Below are positions 55,446-64,000 of a stretch of 64,000 nt of DNA, in pieces. Position numbers and translations under genes: made by a program. Every line of letters begins with the position of its first letter. Position 1 is the first letter of the stretch. The stretch is taken from contig JASGJN010000013.1 of the NCBI GenBank assembly GCA_049840735.1, forward strand, positions 704,001 to 768,000, in the 5' to 3' direction. Origin of the DNA: Anaeromyxobacter sp. (GTDB lineage Bacteria; Myxococcota; Myxococcia; Myxococcales; Anaeromyxobacteraceae). Under the pieces are notes generated by a model. It saw only the letters and a program-made list of their open reading frames with translations, ran no database searches and was not told the DNA's origin.

Positions 55446-56203
55446 CGGTCCCGGTGCACACGGCGCTCCTGGGGCGCGACCGGCTCTGGCCCGCGGTGGC
55501 CGTGTCGGTGGCGATCCACGCCGTCGCCATCGGCGTGGCGCTCTGGAAGAGCGGCCAGGAGCCCATCCTCCAGCCGCAGAAGCCCATCACCGCGCGGCTG
55601 GTGCGGCTCGGGCCCAAGAAGCCCGACCGCTACCTGCCGCAGAAGGATCAGCAGGCGCCCGCGCCGGCCCCTGCGCCCGAGGCCGCCCCCGCCCCCGCCC
55701 CGGCCGCGCCCGCCACCGCGGCGGCGCCCCGCCCCACGCCCTCCCCCGCCGCGCCGGCCGCGCCGCGCCCGTCCACCGCGCGCCCCGCCACCGGCGGCGG
55801 CAAGTCCGGCGGCGTCAGCTCGGCGCTGGCCCGCGTCCAGGCCCAGCTCGACCGCGAGCAGTGGGGGGACCCGGACGGCGATCCGATGGGCGACGCGGAG
55901 GAGGCGGAGGGGGACCCCTACTTCGCCCTGCTGAAGCGCTCCGTCGAGGCCAACTTCGAGGTGCCGACCACCCTCTCCGACCGCGAGCGGCTGTTCGTCT
56001 TCGCCGAGGCGAGGCTCTGGATCGACGCGGCGGGGCGGGTGTCCCGCTGGAAGATCGACCGCTCCTCCGGCAACCCCACCTTCGACGCCGCGGTCGAGCG
56101 CACCATCCGCAAGACCCCGCAGGTCCCGCCGCCGCCCCAGAACGTGCGGCAGCAGTACCCCGACGGCATCCCCTTCCGCTTCGACGCCAAGTCGAACAGC
56201 TGA
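55442..56203 (+). CDS. tolA: TolA/TonB-like energy transducer
   Basis: TM with SVAIH (SxxxH), Pro/Ala linker, C-terminal SSGNPTFDAAV domain. Confidence 0.85.
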   Translation: MTVPVHTALLGRDRLWPAVAVSVAIHAVAIGVALWKSGQEPILQPQKPITARLVRLGPKKPDRYLPQKDQQAPAPAPAPEAAPAPAPAAPATAAAPRPTPSPAAPAAPRPSTARPATGGGKSGGVSSALARVQAQLDREQWGDPDGDPMGDAEEAEGDPYFALLKRSVEANFEVPTTLSDRERLFVFAEARLWIDAAGRVSRWKIDRSSGNPTFDAAVERTIRKTPQVPPPPQNVRQQYPDGIPFRFDAKSNS

Positions 56204-56219
56204 CCGAGCCAGACCCGAC

Positions 56220-57518
56220 ATGACCGTTCGCCACATCGCGCTCCTCCTCGCCTTCGCCGCCGTCCCCGCCGCCGCCGCTGCCCAGGAGCGGCCGGCCATC
56301 GTCATCACCGCCCCCAACTTCCGCCCGCTCCCCATCGCCGTGGCGCCGTTCCTCTCCGACGCTGCCAGCGGGGCGGCGGCCAGCGAAGCCACCGCGGTGG
56401 TCCGCGCCGACCTGGCCCTCTCCGGCCTCTTCGACGTGCTCGACCCCAAGGGCTTCCTGGCCGATCCGCGCGAGGGGCTGGCCCCGCAGACCGTCTCCTT
56501 CAGCCGCTGGAGCGACGTGGGCGCCGACGGCCTGGCCAAGGCCATGGTGCGGGAGGTGGGCGGCGCGCTCGAGGGCGAGCTCCACCTCTACGAGGTCCGC
56601 GCCGGCCGCGAGGTGGCCGCGCGCACCGTCCGCGCCGGCAACGCGCGGGCCCTCGGCCACCGCATCGCCGACGAGATCGTCCGCTACTACACCCGCGAAC
56701 CGGGCGTCTTCTCGACCCGAATCGCCGCCGTCCGCAAGACGCCGGGGCGCTACGAGCTGGTGCTGTTCGACGTGGACGGCCAGAACCCCCAGGTCGTCCT
56801 CTCCGAGCAGAGCATCCTGCTCGCGCCGGCCTGGAAGCCGGACGGCAGCGAGCTCCTCCTGACCAGCTACCGGACCGGCCGGCCGCAGCTGTGGGCCCTG
56901 CGCCTCGCCGACCGCTCCTTCCGCGCGGTGGGCAACCGCGGCAACGCCATGGGCGGCGTCTACTCGCCCGACGGCAGCCGCATCGCCTTCACCATCACCG
57001 AGGGCGCCAACACCGACATCTGGATCATGAACGCGGACGGCACCGCCCCGCGCCGCATCACCCGCGAGCCCTCCATCGAGGTCTCGCCGGCCTGGTCGCC
57101 CGACGGCCGCCGCATCGCCTTCACCTCCGACCGCGCCGGGACCCCGCAGGTCTACGTCATGAACGCCGACGGCAGCGAGGTGCGCCGGGTCACCTTCCAG
57201 GGCAACTACAACCAGACGCCGGTCTGGAGCCCGCGCGGCGACGCCATCGCGTTCACGGCGCGTGACGAGCGCAAGATGTTCGACCTGTTCTGGGTCTCGC
57301 CCGACACCACCAGGATCTCGCGCATCACGCAGGACCAGGGGCGCACCAACGAGGAGCCGTCCTGGGCGCCCACCGGCCGGCTGATGGTGTTCCGCACGGA
57401 CCGGAACGGCCCCGGGCAGCTGGTCGTCGCGGATCCCCGCGGCGATCGCCAGACCGTCATCGCCGGCGCCCGCGGCGCCGACCTGGTCTCGCCGGCCTGG
57501 GGACCGGCGGCGCAGTAG
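56220..57518 (+). CDS. tolB: TolB beta-propeller protein
   Basis: Signal peptide, PIAVAPF, GHRIADEI, repeated PAWSPDG (PD40). Confidence 0.93.
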   Translation: MTVRHIALLLAFAAVPAAAAAQERPAIVITAPNFRPLPIAVAPFLSDAASGAAASEATAVVRADLALSGLFDVLDPKGFLADPREGLAPQTVSFSRWSDVGADGLAKAMVREVGGALEGELHLYEVRAGREVAARTVRAGNARALGHRIADEIVRYYTREPGVFSTRIAAVRKTPGRYELVLFDVDGQNPQVVLSEQSILLAPAWKPDGSELLLTSYRTGRPQLWALRLADRSFRAVGNRGNAMGGVYSPDGSRIAFTITEGANTDIWIMNADGTAPRRITREPSIEVSPAWSPDGRRIAFTSDRAGTPQVYVMNADGSEVRRVTFQGNYNQTPVWSPRGDAIAFTARDERKMFDLFWVSPDTTRISRITQDQGRTNEEPSWAPTGRLMVFRTDRNGPGQLVVADPRGDRQTVIAGARGADLVSPAWGPAAQ

Positions 57519-57559
57519 CGCCGCCCGGGAGCGCCCGTGACCGCCGCCCGGAGCCGGCC

Positions 57560-58513
57560 GTGACCGCCCCGCGCCTCGCCGCCATCGACGTCGGCACCAA
57601 CACCGTGCTGCTGCTGGTGGCCGAGCAGCGGGGCGGGCAGCTGGTCCCGGTGCTGGAGCGGGCCGAGATCACGCGGCTGGGCAAGGGCGTGGACGCCTCC
57701 GGGCGGCTGGATCCGGAGCGGCTGGAGGCCACCGTGGCGGTGCTGGCGGACTTCGCCGCTGCCGCGCGCGCGCTCGGGGCGCGGGAGATCGCCTGCGTGG
57801 CCACCAGCGCGGCGCGCGACGCCGCCAACGGAGCGGAGTTCTTCGCGGCGGCGCGCGACCGGGCCGGGCTCAGGGCGGAGGTCATCTCCGGCGACGAGGA
57901 GGCGCGGCTGGTCTACGCCAGCGCGGCGCGGGACTTCGGGGGTGGGGCGGCGGGCGGGGCGGGGGTGGCGGGTGGGGACATCCCGCTGGCCGTGCTGGAC
58001 GTCGGCGGCGGCTCCACCGAGTGGATCGTGGGCGAGGGGCCGCGACCGCGCGGGCGGGTGAGCCTGCAGCTGGGGGCCGTGCGCCTCACCGAGCGGCACG
58101 TGCGGACGGACCCCATCGGGCGCGACGGCGTGACCGCGCTGCGTGACGCGGCGCGCGCGGCGCTGGAAGGCGCGGCGGCGCTGGCGCCGGCGCCGGGCGC
58201 GCGGATGGTGGGCGTGGCCGGGACCGTGACCACGCTGGCCGCGGTGGCCCAGGCGCTGCCCCGGCACGACGCCGGCCGCGTGCACGGCGCCGCGCTGGCG
58301 CGCGGGGAGGTCGACGCGCTGGTGGACCGCCTGGCGCCCCTTCCGCTGGCGCAGCGCGCGCAGGTGCCGGGGATGGAGCCGAAGCGCGCCGACGTGATCG
58401 TGGCCGGCGCGGTGGTGGTGAGCGAGGCCATGCGCCGGTTCGGGTTCGAGGCGCTGACCGTGTCGGATTGCGGTGTCCGCTGGGGGCTGCTCTACGACCG
58501 CCTCCCTGCGTGA
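57560..58513 (+). CDS. ppx: Ppx/GppA-family phosphatase
   Basis: AIDVGTNT, ATSAARDAAN, ISGDEEA, DVGGGSTE, RADVI. Confidence 0.9.
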   Translation: MTAPRLAAIDVGTNTVLLLVAEQRGGQLVPVLERAEITRLGKGVDASGRLDPERLEATVAVLADFAAAARALGAREIACVATSAARDAANGAEFFAAARDRAGLRAEVISGDEEARLVYASAARDFGGGAAGGAGVAGGDIPLAVLDVGGGSTEWIVGEGPRPRGRVSLQLGAVRLTERHVRTDPIGRDGVTALRDAARAALEGAAALAPAPGARMVGVAGTVTTLAAVAQALPRHDAGRVHGAALARGEVDALVDRLAPLPLAQRAQVPGMEPKRADVIVAGAVVVSEAMRRFGFEALTVSDCGVRWGLLYDRLPA

Positions 58514-59159
58514 GCGGGCGGGGCGCGTCTACGCCGCGCTGGCCTTCGGCCGGGCCGCGGCCGTCTACGGCTTCCTGACCGATCACCCCGCCTGGCGCGC
58601 CGACTGCCGCGCCATGGCCGCCCTGGCGACCGGCCCGCGCGTGCTCGACCTGGGCGTGGGCCCCGGGACCAGCGCGCTGGAGATGGCGCGGGCCGACCCG
58701 GCGCGCCGCCACGTGGGGCTCGACCGCTCCGGCGGGATGCTCCGCCTGGCCGCCGACGCCGCCCGCCGCGCCGCCCTCCGGCTGCCGCTGGTCCAGGCCG
58801 ACGCGCTGGCGCTGCCGCTGCGGACCGGGAGCGTGGACGGCGCCACCGCGCACAGCCTGCTCTACCTGGTCCCGGACGCCGCCGCCGCGCTGCGGGAGGT
58901 GGCCCGCGTGCTCCGGCCCGGCGGGCGCCTGGTGCTGCTCGAGCCGCGCGCCGGCCCGGCGTCGCTGCGCAGCGCCCTGCGCCGCGGCGGGCGCTGCGCG
59001 GCCTCGATGGTGATGTGGCGCTCCATGTCGCGGCTCCATCGCCGCTTCGCCGAGCCCGAGCTGCGGGCCCTGCTCGAGGAGGCCGGCCTGGGCGAGGCGC
59101 GGGCCTGGCCGGTGCTGGACGGCTACGGCGTGATGGCCACCGCCTCCCGTCCGGGTTAG
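58473..59159 (+). CDS. Class I SAM-dependent methyltransferase (start uncertain)
   Basis: VLDLGVGPG, QADALALP, EVARVLRPGG. Confidence 0.85.
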   Translation: MSAGGCSTTASLRERAGRVYAALAFGRAAAVYGFLTDHPAWRADCRAMAALATGPRVLDLGVGPGTSALEMARADPARRHVGLDRSGGMLRLAADAARRAALRLPLVQADALALPLRTGSVDGATAHSLLYLVPDAAAALREVARVLRPGGRLVLLEPRAGPASLRSALRRGGRCAASMVMWRSMSRLHRRFAEPELRALLEEAGLGEARAWPVLDGYGVMATASRPG

Positions 59160-59170
59160 AACTGGCCCCC

Positions 59171-59824
59171 GTGCGCGCCCCCTGGGCCATCGTCTGCGAC
59201 TTCGACGGGACCGCCCTCTCGCTCGACCTCGGCGACGCCGTGGCCACCGAGCTCGGCGATCCCATCGCCTTCGAGCACGCCGAGGCGCGCTACGCCGCCG
59301 GCGAGCTCTCCTTCGGCCACCTGCTCCAGCACGTCTTCGCCCCCGTCCGCGCCAGCCGCGAGGAGATCGCCGCCTTCGCGCGCGCGCGCGCCGCCTGGCG
59401 CCCCGGCTTCCAGGCGTTCCTGGAGCAGTGCCGCGCCGGCGGCGCGCCGTTCCTGATCGTCTCGTCCGGGCTGGACGCGTACATCGAGCCCGTGATCGCA
59501 GACCTCCCGCGCCCGCTGCGCGACCACGTCCAGCTGCGCGCCAACCGCGCCACCTGCAACGTCGCCGGCCTCTCGATCGAGTTCCACGGCCAGGACTGCG
59601 GCCACTGCGGCTTCTGCAAGGGCCACGTGGTGCAGGAGCTCCAGGCGCGCGGCCACCGCGTCGCCGCCCTCGGCGACGGCTCCGGCGATCGCCACGCCGC
59701 CCAGGCCGCCGATCACGTCTTCGCCCGCGCCGGCTCCTCGCTGGACCGCTGGTGCGAGGCCACCGGCCTCGCGCACGACAGCTTCGAGACGTTCTTCGAG
59801 GTCATCGAGCGGTTTCCGGGGTGA
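59171..59824 (+). CDS. HAD-IB phosphatase, MtnX-like
   Basis: CDFDGT, IVSSGLD, CGFCK, GDGSGD, VFAR. Confidence 0.85.
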   Translation: MRAPWAIVCDFDGTALSLDLGDAVATELGDPIAFEHAEARYAAGELSFGHLLQHVFAPVRASREEIAAFARARAAWRPGFQAFLEQCRAGGAPFLIVSSGLDAYIEPVIADLPRPLRDHVQLRANRATCNVAGLSIEFHGQDCGHCGFCKGHVVQELQARGHRVAALGDGSGDRHAAQAADHVFARAGSSLDRWCEATGLAHDSFETFFEVIERFPG

Positions 59825-59828
59825 GGTT

Positions 59829-60112
59829 GCGGTTCGGCTCCTCGTTCGCCCAGGTCGAACCGCTGGCGTTCGCAGGTTGAGCCGCGAGCGTTGGGCCCTG
59901 AACACATCACCGACCGCACGTCACGCCCGCGGGCGTCGAGCGTCTCCCTCCACCGATGGAACCCTGAGTAACTATCGCCGGCGATAGCTCGGGAGGGTTG
60001 CGGCATCGGATCGCCTTTTCGTGAACCATCCGGGCTCACCTAGCCCGGCCGCTGGCGCGCTGGTGGTTCTGCCGCTGCACGGTGCACGCCGCTCGATGTC
60101 AGAGGTCGAGCG
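59829..60112. other. Densely structured intergenic leader (candidate ncRNA or element end)
   Basis: Five successive stems or palindromes, including a 57-nt extended hairpin at 59953-60009. Confidence 0.4.
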
Positions 60113-60141
60113 TTAGCTCGCGACATCACCGGGGGTGGACC

Positions 60142-61966
60142 ATGCTGAACCCGTTCTCCGAGCTCGACAACCGGGCGCTGAACGCACGCGCTCACGCGCT
60201 GGTGGGCGACGAGCGCCGCCTGATCGTCGAGTTCCTCCAACACCTGGAGGAGATCGAGACCCGCCGCAGCTACGTGGGCGAGGGCTACTCTTCGCTCTGG
60301 GACTTCTGCACCCGAGCACTTCACCTCAGCGAGCCATCCGCTGGCCGCCGCATCGGGGCGATGCGCATTCTCCGCCGCTTCCCAGCCGTCGAGCCGCCGC
60401 TGCGGGATGGCCGCATCAACCTGACCTCGTTGACCCTGCTCGGCCCCATCCTCACCGCGGAGAACGTGGCCGAGGTCCTGGAGCGGGCGGCCCACAAGAC
60501 CAGGGCCGAGGTCGATGCGCTGGTCGCGTCCATCCAGCCGCGCCGGGTGGCGGCCGACGGCCTGCGGCGGCTGTCAGCCGCAAACGGGCCTGCCGCGTCC
60601 AGCCTGTTCCCGCAGAGCGTCAACCCTGGTCTTCCCGGGGCCGCTGCCTGGCCCGAGCCTGCGCTCAGCCACCTCGGCGTGACAAGCCCCGCCGGCGCCG
60701 CGCAGCTGATCGCATCCAGCCGCCCGCTGGCCGCCGGCCGGATCCGCGCACCGATCCGGTCCCCGGCTCTCCAGCGAACGTCTCGATCACGGCTCCGTCG
60801 ATCGCAACCCCATGCCCCGCCGCTACCTTCGTCGCCAGCGCCCCTGCGGCTGGATTCACCCTGATCCGACAGGACGGCGGCGCTCCCGTGGCGAGCGCTC
60901 TCGCCATCGGACCAGGCCGTGCATCGCTCGGCCCGCCCGCGGGCCCGGACCTGGCCGCCGCCCCGGCGCCCAGCCTGGCGCCACCCCAGGCGCTCCCCAC
61001 CCCGCCGTCACGCCCCGAGCTCCGGGCCGTCACCGGCGACTCGTGGTCCTTGCGCGTGACGCTCGACGGCGAGGCGCGGCTGGAATCTGGAGACGCTCCG
61101 GTCCCTGCTCTCGCACAAGTTCCCGAGTGGCGACCTCGCGTCCGTCATCAAGGAAGCGCTCCGCTGTTCCGTGGCACACCACGAGAAGCGCCGCGGGATG
61201 CGGCAGCCGGAACGGGCGCGCGCGGCGAAGACACCCGAGAAGGCCCGCACGCGGAAGCGGACGCGCCGGTCCGCTGCCGCAGCGACGGCGAGTCCTGACG
61301 GTCCACCCGAGGTCTCGCGGGCATCGCTGCCCGCGGAGCGCGGCGCTTGCGGCGCCGAGGAGGACGAAGGTGGCGGGGGTGACCTGCGGCCCCCGCCCAT
61401 CGTCGACGTGTCGCCCCGCTCCGGCGCAGCGAGCGGTTCAGGTGCGCCCGAAGTCCGGCCGGTCCCTTCGTCCGCATCGGCCCTATCGGCGCCTTCGCCC
61501 GCGTCGCCGCTCTCGGCCTCCTCGGCCACGGCTGAGCCGAGGGCTCCTGGAGCGCCGCAGCCAGAAGGTGCGCGCATCACCCCTGGTGCGCCAGCTGCGG
61601 GTGACCGTCCGAGCGCAGATGGGTTGGGCGGAGGTGGCCAAACCGATCCGGAAGGCTCGCCCACGCCCGAGCTGCCCGACTGTGCCATCTCCGCCGGGCC
61701 GCATACCGCTCGAGGTCCGGCGCCATGTCTGGCTTCGCGATGGGCGACAGTGCACCTACGTCTCCTCGGATGGCAACCGCTGCTCCTCCCGCTGGCAACT
61801 GGAGCTGCACCACCTCCTGTCAGAGGCGCTGGGCGGCTTGCCCACGAGGGAGAACCTCACGGTGCGCTGCAGGACGCACAACTTCTTCCACGCCGAGGAG
61901 GACTTCGGGCGGGAGTACATGGACCGGTTTCGGCGCCGCCGAGGCAGCGACGGCGCGCCGGGGTGA
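60142..61966 (+). CDS. HNH endonuclease with helical N-domain and low-complexity linkers; about three frameshifts
   Basis: N-terminal ERRLIVEFLQHLEEIETRR...GYSSLWDFC; middle LRVTLD...LLSHKFPSGDLASV; C-terminal RRHVWLRDGRQC...C...ELHH...GG...NLTVRCRTHN. Confidence 0.8.
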
Positions 61967-62100
61967 TGGAGGACGGGGCGCCCGACGAGCCCACCAGCGC
62001 CGATGAGTTGCGGCATGGAGCCCGTTCGCCCGCGAAGGTCCCGGGCCGGCCGTCGGTGAGCTGCCGGCGAGCCGCCGCGAGGGAGCGGTGGGGCGGCTCG

Positions 62101-64000
62101 CTAGAACAACCCGATGGTGAAGTGCGGCGCGAAGCTCGGCTCGTTGATGCGCTGGTCGGGCGAGAGGTTGAAGCCGAAGTCGAGCGCGGCGGGGCCGACG
62201 GGGGTGACGAAGCGCAGGCCGAAGCCGGCGTTGGCGCGCAGGCGGCCCATGTCCATCAGCGCGGGATCCAGCCAGAGGTTGCCGACGTCGACGAACACGC
62301 CGGCCTCGAGCGACGACGTGAAGGACAGGCGCAGCTCGGCCTTGCCCAGCAGGAAGGCCTCGCCGCCCTCCGAGACGGCGGTCTTGCCCTGCGCGATCTC
62401 GCGGCCGCGGTCGGTGCAGCCGGCGCTGGTCGGGGAGGTCGCGCAGAGCTGCGCCTCGCGGGCCAGCACCGGGCGCATGTCCTCCTGGATCATCTGCTCC
62501 TCGGCGAAGCCGCGCATGGTGGTGGCGCCGCCCATGAAGAAGCGGCGGGGCACGATGGTGGTGGAGGCGGAGTCGAGCGGCCAGACGCGGCCGCCGCGGG
62601 CGGAGAGCGCCAGGGTGCTGGCCTGGCCGATGGGCAGGTACGCCGACAGCGTCCCGGCGGCCTTGATCAGGTTGGTGTGGATGTCCGAGGCGGGCAGGAG
62701 TCCGCCCAGGGCGCGCTGGCCCTCGCCGCCGAGGGAGCGCTCGTACTCGCCGTACCCGGTGGCGTACCAGCCGCGGCGCGGGTGGGCGGGGTTGTCGCGG
62801 AAGTCGAGGGTGAGCGAGGGGCGGAGCGCGTGCAGGGTGGTGATGCCCTCGGAGAAGCGGAGCCGCTCCACGTCGGCCTGGGTCAGGGGGCCGGAGGCGC
62901 CGGTGCGATCGATGTTGTCGATCTCCAATCTCGTACTGCAGCGAGGCCACGGTGCGGGTGGTGACCCGCGCGTCCACGCCGGCCACGGCCGAGGCGCTCG
63001 CCAGGTTGTAGGAGCGCCGGTGCAGGATTTCGCCGATCACGTCGAGGTGCGCGCCGGACGGCACCTGCAGGAAGCCGAGCCGGGAGGTGCGCAGGCCCGC
63101 GTCCGCGCGCCCCTCGAATCCGCTCGCGCGGCTTCTTGGCGGCGAGGTCGGGGCGGTTGTCGAGCACGTCAATGGGTAGTTCACCTTCCCGCGCAGCGAC
63201 AGCTCCACCGCCCGGCCGGCCAGGTTGGGCCGGACGTACTCGACCACGGCGCGCGGGCCGTTGGCGATGGAGAAGCCGGTGCCCTGGGTCAGCGTGGCGT
63301 AGGGGCGCTCGGAGAGGTCGACCACCAGGTCCTTCTCCGGCTGCGGCGCCTCGGGCTCGCTGAGGTGGAGGTTCACCGAGCGGAACACGCCCAGCGAGAG
63401 CAGGGCGGCCTCGCTCGCGGCCGCGGCCTCCAGATCCACACCGACCCCGCCTGCAGCGTCAGCGCCTCGCGGACCACCTCGGGGCGCGTGCGGCGGTTGC
63501 CGGTGATGAGCACCCGGCTGATGCGGGCCTGCGGCCCCTCGCGGATCTGGAACCGGACCACGCCGGTGTGGCGCGCCCGGTCGAGATCCTCGGTGACCTC
63601 CACGCGCGCCCAGGCGTGGCCGGAGGCGACGTAGGCCCGGAGCAGCGCCAGCCGGGCCTCCTCCACCTGCGGGTAGGCCAGCGGGTCGCTCGCCTCCAGC
63701 CGGATCAGCTTCGCGAGCGCGGCCTCGTCCAGCGTCTCCTGCCCGCTGAACTCCACCCGCTCCACCCGCGTGCGGGCGCCCTCGCGCAGCCGCAGCGTCA
63801 CCTGGGCCGTCCGCAGCCGGGAGTCGAGCGCGACGGCGCTGCCCAGGTAGACTGCGTCCAGGTAGCCCTCGGCGCGGTAGGCGTCCACCAGCTGCTCGGC
63901 GGCGCGATCCCATGCGGCCTCGTCGAGGTACTCACCGGCCGGCAGCGGCACCGGCGCCACCGGGCGGAATCCGCCTCGCCGGGCAGCGCCACCGCCAGCG
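62101..64000 (-). CDS. Omp85-family (BamA/TamA-like) outer-membrane protein, partial, several frameshifts
   Basis: POTRA-like ITGNRRTRPEVVR, FFMGGATTMRGF, GFGLRFVTPVGPAALDFG, terminal HFTIGLF. Confidence 0.88.

Noticed and set aside
54249..57518. tolQRAB without adjacent pal, and gsp operon without gspO
   Set aside because: Both genes are commonly encoded elsewhere; absence from this window is uninformative.
60142..61966. IscB/Cas9-like RNA-guided nuclease
   Set aside because: No recognisable RuvC motifs, PLMP start or bridge helix; only a C-terminal HNH, so it is kept as an unclassified HNH element.

Overview
High-GC bacterial chromosome segment whose gene content and order look myxobacterial (Anaeromyxobacter-like; inferred, not proven). 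Left arm: partial type IV pilin-like gene, a Pro/Ala-rich membrane protein, rho, rpmE, a Flp-like small ORF, an NtrC-family sigma54 activator, and a gspC-N type II secretion operon with a clear sigma54 promoter and paired upstream palindromes. Directly after gspN is an accessory island (~20.0-35.0 kb) with atypical codon usage. It holds a ~1100-aa IPT/TIG + beta-sandwich-repeat lipoprotein gene split by an ISAs1-family element, a signal-peptide-bearing Rhs toxin with a Cys-rich C-terminal domain, a membrane immunity candidate, two decayed copies of a small OB-fold-like gene, and fused transposase remnants. Right arm is mostly housekeeping: alpha/beta hydrolase, MCP, smc, ftsY, HAD, GNAT, GT2, ctpA-envC-ftsX-ftsE, RomY-like, murI, a lipoprotein, tolQRAB, ppx, methyltransferase, phosphatase, an HNH endonuclease preceded by a strongly structured 300-nt leader, and a partial Omp85-family gene. 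Many frameshifts map to GATC-like sites and look like systematic sequencing errors rather than pseudogenes. The best candidates for undescribed systems are the T2SS-adjacent lipoprotein/Rhs/immunity operon and the structured-leader HNH element. No tRNA, rRNA or CRISPR array was seen. All family calls come from motif recognition by eye; no searches were run.
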